A DNA stretch of 30,618 nt from assembly GCA_964035545.1 (NCBI GenBank), contig CAXIUT010000301.1, forward strand, positions 1 through 30,618, given 5' to 3'. The translations under genes were made by a program, and so were the position numbers. A model generated the notes under the pieces. It was not told the DNA's origin. It made no database searches and worked only from the letters and a program-made list of their open reading frames with translations. The DNA is from Bugula neritina (Eukaryota > Animalia > Bryozoa). Shown piece by piece: positions 20,450 to 30,618 of the stretch; position 1 is the first letter of the stretch; every line of letters starts with the position of its first letter.

Positions 20450-22282
20450 ATGATCGTAACCAATCAATTCAATAGCAGTCCAACAAAAAATAATACAAAA
20501 AGTCCATCAGAATAGAGATCCAAGACTCCCAACAAAAAAACCTACAACAAATTAGGACAAAGATAAAGCAAAAGTCTAGCTAGAAAATAAGATAAACATG
20601 ATAATGGAATCAACATCATGAGTATGATGTAACCTATTAAATAATGGAATTAAGGTGCCAGGTATTACTATCTAGGAAAAGGAAACAATCACTAAGCAGT
20701 TAGACGAGCTCTATCTCAAAGAAAAAATTTTATATAAGCCAATCACACAGAAGGTATTCTAATGAAATGGACTCAAAATAGCAGTGGCATGAAGTATCAC
20801 AAATTAGGTAAGGAATGCCTTTATTTCAATCATTTTGAATTTCATCGGGAAATAACCAATAAACAAAGATTAGTCTGGAATATGATTAACTTTTGTTAGT
20901 CCAATAAATTAAATGCCTTCAGCTATATTCCAACCACTTATATCATCGATCTAACCACAGGATAAGAAGATATGGCTCTCCATGCATTCTTAAAATTTTA
21001 TAATAGAAATATTCCTGAAGGATATAACGGACAAAAAGTACAATCAATCCTTTTGCCGAAAATAAAAAATATTCCCTACTTTTCAGCACAACAGCTAAGA
21101 AAACGTTCTCAAGGAAATTTTTACTGTAAACCAATATGTCCTAAAACTTTTTTTGGATCAAGTTCAAGCTATCTTTGGATCATTAAACCAGCTTACATGA
21201 ATAGAGGTAGAGGTATTTCTCTTTTTGAAAATTTAGCTGAATTTTAAAAATTAATTTGGCAGTATTATGAAGGGTAGGGACTTGAAGATTATTAAAGTAA
21301 ACCTGGAATCGGAGAGTTATATAGAGTACCTGAAAGTGTGGAGATAGAATAACCTCTAAGTCCTAGTCAGTAAATATAAAATCAACCTTCATAAATAGAA
21401 CCAAGATCACCAACTTCTCCTTTATAATCACCACCTATTTTATCTTCATCATAAAAACCAGAAAAGTCTCCAGAAAATAAAAAAGCTCTAAGAAAAGATT
21501 CAATAAAAATGGAAACTAAAATATAATTAAAATCTGAAAGTAAACCTGAGAATAAACCAGAGTCAAAAATTGAAGAAAAGCCAAATAATCTAAGAGTTTT
21601 AAGCTTTATAGTTCAAAAATATATCTAATGTCCGATGTTGATTCGATAAAGGAAGTTTGATGTACGAGTATGGGCTCTTTTAACTCATAATTATGAAATT
21701 TACTTCTTCAAATAGGGTTATCTTCGTTTCTCATCTCACAAATACACAGCAGATAATCATAAAAACCCTTTCATTCATCTCACTAACAACTCAGTGCAGA
21801 AGCACTCTGCCTAATATGACTAAGAATCAGGTAACCAACTCACTTTATCTGATTTACGTGAATATTTACCATCATAGTAAATATATCAAAAAATCCAGGC
21901 GAAGATAAGATAAATGATATGGCTATCAATGTGTTCTGCAAGAAGAAAAATCAATATAAATGCCAGAAAATAGTGTTTTTAGCTTTTTGGATATGACTTT
22001 ATGATAGATGAATTATACAGGACCTGGCTGATTTAAGTCAATACAAATCCAGCTATTGAGTAAAACAGCAATCTTCTGAAAATGATCATTCCTAGAATGC
22101 TAGATGACATGTTTAAATTGACTTTAGATAGACTCTACAACATGAAATATAAATAAAATAAATAAGAATATCCAGTTACAGGATTCGATGATAGAGAAAA
22201 TATGTGGGAACTATTAGGAGACTTCAAATAGGGTGTTAATTAAAAAACAATGGGGAAAAAGCTGACCTTAGTCCGAAGATGA
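20450..22282 (+). CDS. TTLL family protein, paralogous to 1026-2978
   Basis: FNHFEFHREITNK, WIIKPAYMNRGRGI, IVQKYIECPMLIRERKFDVRVW, KEGYLR, IHLTNNSVQK, FELFGYDFMID and WLIEVNTNP. Intronless, about 610 aa. Confidence 0.93.
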
Positions 22283-22338
22283 TAATTTCATTTTATTGGT
22301 TTTAGATTTAATTCAAATTAAATAAAAATTATTCATCT

Positions 22339-25300
22339 ATGAACCCACAAAATATTCAAGCGCACTCTATACCATCCACAGGAAGGAGATAACTCCTATG
22401 GAATGTTAGTTAGCCAGGTGACCCCTATGATATCAAAAAGTAAATAGTTTTATAAGCAGATCTATGATAGCTAAAATGCCAGGAGACAAAAAAATCTTTA
22501 TGGGAGACTATCTAGAAATGGTATGCATGCTTCAGGCAGCCTAAATTTAAAGACTATGTGAGTTTTTGGAAGATTATAAACTTAAGTGATATTTTTATTA
22601 ATGTAGGTTTCGATAAATTGAAAGGAGTACTCTTGACAGGCATTCTTATGAAGTCCAGATTAAAGAGCTTACTCAAAAATTAGCTGATGAAGATTCTTTC
22701 AGATCTGAAAATATAAAATTAGTTGAATTTGTTAAAAGACAACAGGTAAATATCTTATGATTTTAGGCTTAAATTTAACGTCTACAAGGTTATAGTCGAG
22801 ACTCAAGTTCATCAGCAAATGAATACAAGCAGACATATGATCGTAGTTTAGAATTAGTTAATCAACTAAATTCTGAAAATAGTCAATTAAAGATACAGAT
22901 GTAAGATTTGAGAGTTCAAATAATGAATCAAAAGGCTCGATATTAGGCTTTATAAAAGGGAAAAAATAGATAAATAGAATAATTGAAATTAAGTTTTGCC
23001 CAAAATACCAGAATAAGTTATGAAAGTGAAATGAATACACTACGTCTTCAATACGAAGGAGATATAAGGAAATATGATTTAGAAATGAAACGTTTGAAGG
23101 AGTTAAATGATGCTAAAAATGCCTAAATAAATGATCTCATGAACCAAAAAGACTAACTCGTTCGAAGAATAAATGTAGCTGATAACAATGCTGACTTACA
23201 AAGACAAATTTATGAATATTAAAATAAATTTGTATTATTAGGGCAAGAAATAGAAAGACTTAACATTGCTCTTAGATAGTATACCAATAAACTTGAAGAA
23301 GCATAGTTGAAAAAGAGATAATTATAGAGAAATATTGAAAAAAATGAGTTTTAGAAAAGAGATTTTGAAGGTCGATTAAAATCAAATAAGAATGAGATCA
23401 ATCATTTAAGTTAATTAGTGAAGAGATATTAATTTGAATCAAAAAAACTTGGATAAAGTCAAGAAATAATGGTCAGTTTTGAAAATCAAGTAACAAATCT
23501 ACAAAGATAAATAGGATAACTATCTTCAAAGCTAAAATATTAGAGCGACACATCAAGAAGATATAAAGAATAAATAGATAGATTGACTTTCTAAAATAGT
23601 AAATATCGATTATTATAAAAATAAAACTCATAATTAAGAGGACAATCTGATGAACTGATAACTTATCGTAGAAACATAGCATAATATGAAAATAGAATAG
23701 CTATTATTAATCAATAACTATAAAGACTAAAATCAGTTATTAAATCAAAAGATATTGAACTATAAAAGAGTAGAATGCTAATGATATAAAATTAAAGCAA
23801 TAAATCGAAAATAAAGGAACTTTAATTAACCATTGTTAATAAATATTAATATTAAATAAGCAGAATTAAAGCTTAATGTGATCAAAAAATATAAAAGATT
23901 ACTCGTTCAACTGGATCATAGATACAAGGAAAAAGTCAATTCTATTAGAATTAAATATAGAGATTGAAAGAAGCTTTAAGATTAAAGAGTTAAGAAGGAG
24001 ATAGACAAAGACAAAGAATCATTTAATTTGAAACAGTACATAATAGAATGGAATTAGATATATCAAATAAAATAAGAAACTACTAAAATAGTATTGCTAA
24101 TTTAAAAAGATAAAATTAATAACTTTATAACAAACTACAAACATTAGGTTAAACTGATAGAAAAGCATTCTAATTACAAAATAGATTAGTACAGTATTAA
24201 AGATAACTTTAAAGATTAGGACAACTTATTAAAGGAAAAGATTAAGAAATCATAGCTATGAGAAATAGATTAAGATAAACAGAAGGAGCTAGTCAGAGAT
24301 ATTAAACTGATTTCATGAGAAAAGTAGAAGGATATTAACAAAATATCACAACTTTGAGAACTCAAAATGAAGAGTTAAGAAAAAGGTTGAATGACTCAGT
24401 TGGATAAAGAAATATGAAACTATCAGAAGCAGCTCAAGAGATAGAGAGATTAAATATTGCTCTCAAAAGAATGAATTAATAGAAAGTTCAAATGGACCAA
24501 TCAATAAGACAATTGTCTCAAGATCTTAATGTATAAAGACAAAAAGTAGCTAATTTAATTGCTTAAAACTAAGAATTGAGAAAAAGATATAATTAATCTG
24601 AAACTAAATATTCAACTATCTTTAACGATAGCTCTTCTAGATTAAAACAACTTGAAGTTGAAAACTAAAGTTTAAGAAGATAAGTTGGTGAGTCAAAGAT
24701 GTTAATTAGTCGATATGAAGGATAAGTTAGTCGAGTAAGTACAACTACTGGAAGATAAAATGAAGCTTTAAGAAAGCAAATCGGAGAATACTAAGCAAGA
24801 ATAGCTAAGTATGGTATGTAGCTCTAGCGTCTCAATGGAATATTAAAGACCAAGAACGAGTAATGTCTAAAATTATAAACTAATTATCGCAATCTTTACA
24901 CTGATTTATAAAACTTGAAACGATAAAATGAAGAACTAAGAAGAAAGCTACATGAAAATGGAGATTTGAATCGTAAGATATCATAATATGAGGCTAAAAT
25001 AGCTTTACTTTCTCAATAGATATAACGTTTACATATGAATATGAGTGCTTTAGGTCAATAAAATTAAAATCTAAGACGACAGATAAACGATCAAAATAAT
25101 ATAACAAATCAATATTAGAGATAATCAAAACATAGAACAGCAACTTTGGAGCAAAATATTATGAATCTGACAAATTAGAATAATGATTATAAAAGAAGAG
25201 TAAATTAATATGATCTAAGATTATCATAATTGAGTCAAGAAATAGAAAGAGTTAATTTAGCCTATAGAAACAAAACATAATAAAATAATCGATTAGAACA

Positions 25301-27115
25301 AACAGTAAAAATAACATTTGAACAAACTTTAAATCAACTCAAAGGCTAAAATTAAGAATTAAATAGAAAACTTAGAGGAGCAGATGATACAAATAGAAAA
25401 TACTATTAACTATAAAACAGATTAGTCATAATAAATCAATAAAACTAACGTTTAAATCAAAATTTAAGAGAAAAACAAAATTAGATAGCTAAACTTGAAC
25501 AAATATCAAGAAATATGTCAAATGATATATAACTATGGAGACAAAAATATGCCTAATTATAAAATAACTACTCCCAAAAATATTAAATATAAGTTACTAA
25601 TAAATATAATCAATATTAACAAAAAATAGCTTAACTAAGTCATAAAAATGCAGACTACTAAAATAAATTATTAGGAACTATGCAATAAATATAAAGATTA
25701 AACAATGTACTTAGATTGAAAGTTTAAGAATCAGTTCAACTGAATAACAACATCAATGTTATGAATCAATAACTTGAAGAATCTAGAAGAAGACTTAGAT
25801 AATCTTAAAATACAACAGTTCAACAACTAAATAACTTGAAAAATGAAAGAGATGAACTTAATAGAAAATTACAAGAATATTAATTAAGATATAAACAAAA
25901 TGATCAAAAAAATTAAAGAAGAATAGCCTAATATGAAAATAAAATAAGAGTTATCAATCAATAAATATAAAGATTAAGTTAAGTAAACAAAAATAAAAAT
26001 AATTAACTTGAACAAATCAAAAGACAATTCAAGTAATATCAAGATTCAGTTAATATGTAAGTTAAAGGAAATTATAATCAATATTAAACTCAAATTAATA
26101 CTTTAAAAACATAAAATGATTAATATAGAAAAAAACTTAGCTAATATTAAACCAAATTGGTCTTAATTTCTCAAGAAGTTGACAGATTAAATAATCTAAT
26201 CAAAATAAAAACTGAAGAATTAAATAATTTAGGTAGACAACATGAAGAATTAAGAATCAGATGGGAACAAGGTAACTAAGCCATTCATCGCATTTCTGAA
26301 TATTAACTTAAATTGAAACAAATGGCACAATAAAATTAAAGAGTACAAGTAGCATTAAATGGTAAAAATGATGAGCTTAATAATGCAAATAACAGACTCA
26401 GACAAATGCAAGTTGATATTTAGAATTTAAGAAGACAAAATAGTGAGTATTAACATGATTTCAATCACAAAGTATCAACATATGAACAGGGAACAATTCA
26501 ACTAAAAAGATAAAACTAATAATTACTAAGAAAGAAATCATAATATGAAGCCAAAATAGCTCTTCTCAGTCAATAACTGTAAAGACAAAATATTGCACTT
26601 AAAAATAAAAATGATGAATTGCTTAAATTAGCTCAATAATTCGATATTTACAAAAGATCAAAACAAAATTAATATGAGGAAAACTATGTTACATTGCAAC
26701 AAAAATATACTATGTTAGCTAGAGATTATGAAGAAGCCAAAATAGCACTCATCAAGTATGAATAAAGTATCAAAAAATTACATGGATAGTTTGAAAGATT
26801 ACAAGTCATACTAACTCAGTTGAAGTCATAAAGAGATAATTTAATCTAAAAGGTACTTTTCTTACTACTTAGAATCGAGTTCTTAGTGAATAGATTAAAC
26901 GTTTAAACATCTAAAATCAAGATCTTTAAGAACAGACCAAAGACATAAGATTGAGGCTCACTGATGAATCAGCATTGCAGCGAAGAATTACTGAACACAT
27001 GGCTCTGATGGTGATCTTATTTGCTGAGATTGAAACTCTTCGCAAAAGAGTACGTGATAAAGAAAAAGAAGTAGTCGAAGTTCGTAATTCAAGTTTAGCT
27101 CCTCACATGGTTTGA
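22339..27115 (+). CDS. Very long coiled-coil repeat protein, epiplasm EpiC/EPC1-like cortical cytoskeleton protein
   Basis: At least 10 recurrences of YENKIALLSQEIERLN-like motifs; C-terminal VILFAEIETLRKRV. Introns 22440-22459 (20), 22586-22606 (21), 22746-22766 (21) and 26853-26872 (20). Confidence 0.85.
22440..22459 (+). other. 20-nt spliceosomal intron
   Basis: gtaaatagttttataagcag. Confidence 0.75.
22586..22606 (+). other. 21-nt intron covering an in-frame TGA
   Basis: gtgatatttttattaatgtag. Confidence 0.75.
22746..22766 (+). other. 21-nt intron covering an in-frame TGA
   Basis: gtaaatatcttatgattttag; removal gives KRQQAEIERL. Confidence 0.8.
26853..26872 (+). other. 20-nt spliceosomal intron
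   Basis: gtacttttcttactacttag. Confidence 0.83.
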
Positions 27116-27217
27116 TACAGTTGTAATAATGAATTATTTTTTAATAAGAATATGATTATGTTATTAATCAGCTTTAATTTTGATGGTGAATGACTATATA
27201 ATATATTAGTGTTCTAA

Positions 27218-28511
<1,294 letters not shown>

Positions 28512-28653
28512 CATTAGTGGTCTTTCGATGTCAGCTGAGCTGATTTGATTTTTATTGTTATTTGTTGATAATTTGCTTCGATTGAACCTCAGATATTAGG
28601 AAAGAAGTAAGGTAAGAGGCAGTTCTGTTGTGATTATAATAATTTTATTGATT

Positions 28654-29114
28654 ATGGAAAAACCCTACTCGAAAAAGACGACTTCAAATATCTAAAGGTA
28701 TGACTTTCACATTCTTTTCTTTTTCTTTCTTATTCATAACCTAGGGATTAAAAACGACTCACCACTGCTCCTATTCGTGAACGACCCAAATATTCTGAAA
28801 TGTATAAAACTAACAATTTGGAACTACCCATTATTCGAGGAAAAAATGTGATAGGACGATAACCAATAGTAGCCTCTAGAGATTTCAAACGCAGTCAAAT
28901 GGCCAAGCGTTAAGAAGTCGTCAAAATGGAACATGAACACGAATAGACCCATAAAAGACCTCAAACTTCAAAGGGATCAAGAAATACAGCTAAGAAAGAA
29001 TCATAGTACTACGAGGAAGGAGAAGACGATTTAATAATGACTTCGATGCAAGACAAGTTGGAAATGTTCAAAAAAATATCAAAAGAACATGTCTACTCAG
29101 TTAAGCATCCATGA
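28654..29114 (+). CDS. Small hypothetical protein (~137 aa; candidate 47-nt intron 28698-28744)
   Basis: Open, coding-like frame from 28745 to 29114 (NLELPIIRG, HKRPQTSKGSR, TSMQDKLEMFKK). The first exon is tentative. Confidence 0.58.
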
Positions 29115-29217
29115 TAGGGTTATAGTTAGTACTATGTCGAGTTATAAACTAGTTTTGAATAAGTAGTCACTGTTATTAGTTAATATAAAGTCAAAGTTAT
29201 AAAACAATGCAGATGAG

Positions 29218-30434
29218 TCAGGGTCCTCTGCGGTTCACTCCTCCCAAATTAACATCGTTAGAAAATTTTTTACTATAAAGAGTTTTTTTGTATGCCTCCA
29301 TTATGTTCGACATGTTTGAATTACCACTTATTTTTGGAAGTACTCCTTATTCTTATGTTTTTTATAAATTGTTTTTAGACCCATAGTTCTTGTGTTTAGA
29401 AAAGGCCTTCTGCTTTACTGAATCATTTTATGCCTATTCGCTTTTTTATTTACTATGATGGCCTGGATGAGGCTGCTTCATTGTAAAGAAAGTAGACCTG
29501 AAGTCTTTATTATTCAGAGAACTAAGATTCTATAGTTGAGTTGTAAATTATGAAAAATAGTCATGTCTAAGAGCATTTTAAGCAGTTATCCGTTCATGAT
29601 GGTCATAGGCTAGTAGTTTAGCAAGAATATCTCTTAAATCATGAGTGCATCCTGAAGGTAAAAACTTGTCTATTCCCATTCCCTTTTTAGTTGGAAAGTT
29701 AATCTACATGTGAGTAGCTTGACTCTTAAAGCGTTATAATACTTCTGTTTTAGGTGTTCCCAGTATATTATGTATTCTATGAATTTGATCTAACTCATCT
29801 TTCCCTGGAAAAAGAGGTTTTTTGGTGATGAGTTCAAAAAGAACACAACCAAATCCCCAAATATCCATTTTTTAATTGTAATAACCATCAGTCATAAGAC
29901 ATTCAGGAGCTCTATACCAGCGTGTAGATATATAATCAGTATATGGAGCAGGAGAATGCTTACCCTTACAAGAACCCAAGTCAGCGAGTTTGACTAGGTT
30001 TCCTTTGATAAGAATATTTTATGGTTTAATATCTCTGTGGAAGATGCCTTTTCGATGCATGTACTATATTGATCGAAGCACTTGAAACATATAGAACTTA
30101 ATTTTTTGGAAGGTTAAAGGATTTTTTTTGTTTTTAAGACACTCGTACATATTCATATCCATGAGTTCGAAGACTAGAGCAAGTTTTCCTAAATTATGAA
30201 GTAGATACCACTGGGTTAGTCGTACAAAGCTTCAATCATTTTGATTATGTTTTAATGGGTTGAAAGGATATTAAGTGCTTGTATTTCTTTAAGTTTTTTG
30301 ACTTTTTCGAGAGAATCAAACTTTTTTTTCATGCACTTAATGGCTACATATTTTCCAGTTTTAAGAGATAGAGCAGTGAAGACTACTGAAAAAGTCCCAC
30401 TACCCTTTTCGAATTCCAATTTGTATTGGTCCAT
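29218..30434 (-). CDS. MOK: MOK/RAGE-like CMGC kinase (RCK family)
   Basis: KGSGTFSVV, VAIKCMK, EIQAL, KLALVFELMDMN, GIFHRDIKPENIL, PYTDYISTRWYRAPECLMTDGYY and PLFPGKDELDQI. Intron at 30189-30208. Confidence 0.9.
30189..30208 (-). other. 20-nt spliceosomal intron
   Basis: gtatctacttcataatttag on the minus strand; removal gives YDEPSGKLALVFELM. Confidence 0.92.
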
Positions 30435-30531
30435 ACCTTTTATAAATAAAAATAATGTACAACTGAACTCATTAATTATTTCATCATCTTAATTATTCAT
30501 TACAAATAACATCATTAACATCAAAAATCAA

Positions 30532-30618
30532 GGGGTTGGGGTTGGGGTTGGGGTTGGGGTTGGGGTTGGGGTTGGGGTTGGGGTTGGGGTTGGGGTTGGG
30601 GTTGGGGTTGGGGTTGGG
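30532..30618 (+). repeat. Right telomere, (GGGGTT)n
   Basis: Pure G4T2 repeats running to the last base. Confidence 0.98.

Noticed and set aside
2085-23682. Many short hydrophobic F/L/I-rich ORFs in the track (e.g. 2085, 2398, 3180, 4481, 15733, 19126, 19395, 22858, 23473)
   Set aside because: They are antisense or off-frame shadows of A-rich real genes, produced by using the wrong genetic code.

Overview
AT-rich ciliate macronuclear contig capped at both ends by C4A2/G4T2 telomeric repeats, with a third telomere-length G4T2 tract inside it (9809-9879). The supplied ORF track is misleading because this organism does not use the standard code. TAA and TAG repeatedly fall on invariant Glu positions (peritrich-type code, NCBI table 30), and every gene model I could close ends in TGA. 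Re-read this way, the window holds 18 tightly packed protein genes: RNase T2, two TTLL enzymes, a RhoGEF, ALDH7, a MORN protein, a TRIM37-like protein, a FYVE-like protein, three kinases (ULK-, Aurora- and MOK-like), GrpE, an epiplasm-type coiled-coil repeat protein, and hypotheticals. The most striking structure is the intron system. I found 15 GT-AG introns of exactly 20 nt, and all 15 have an A exactly 6 nt from the 3' end, which suggests a fixed-distance branch point. Gene models were derived by hand without RNA data.
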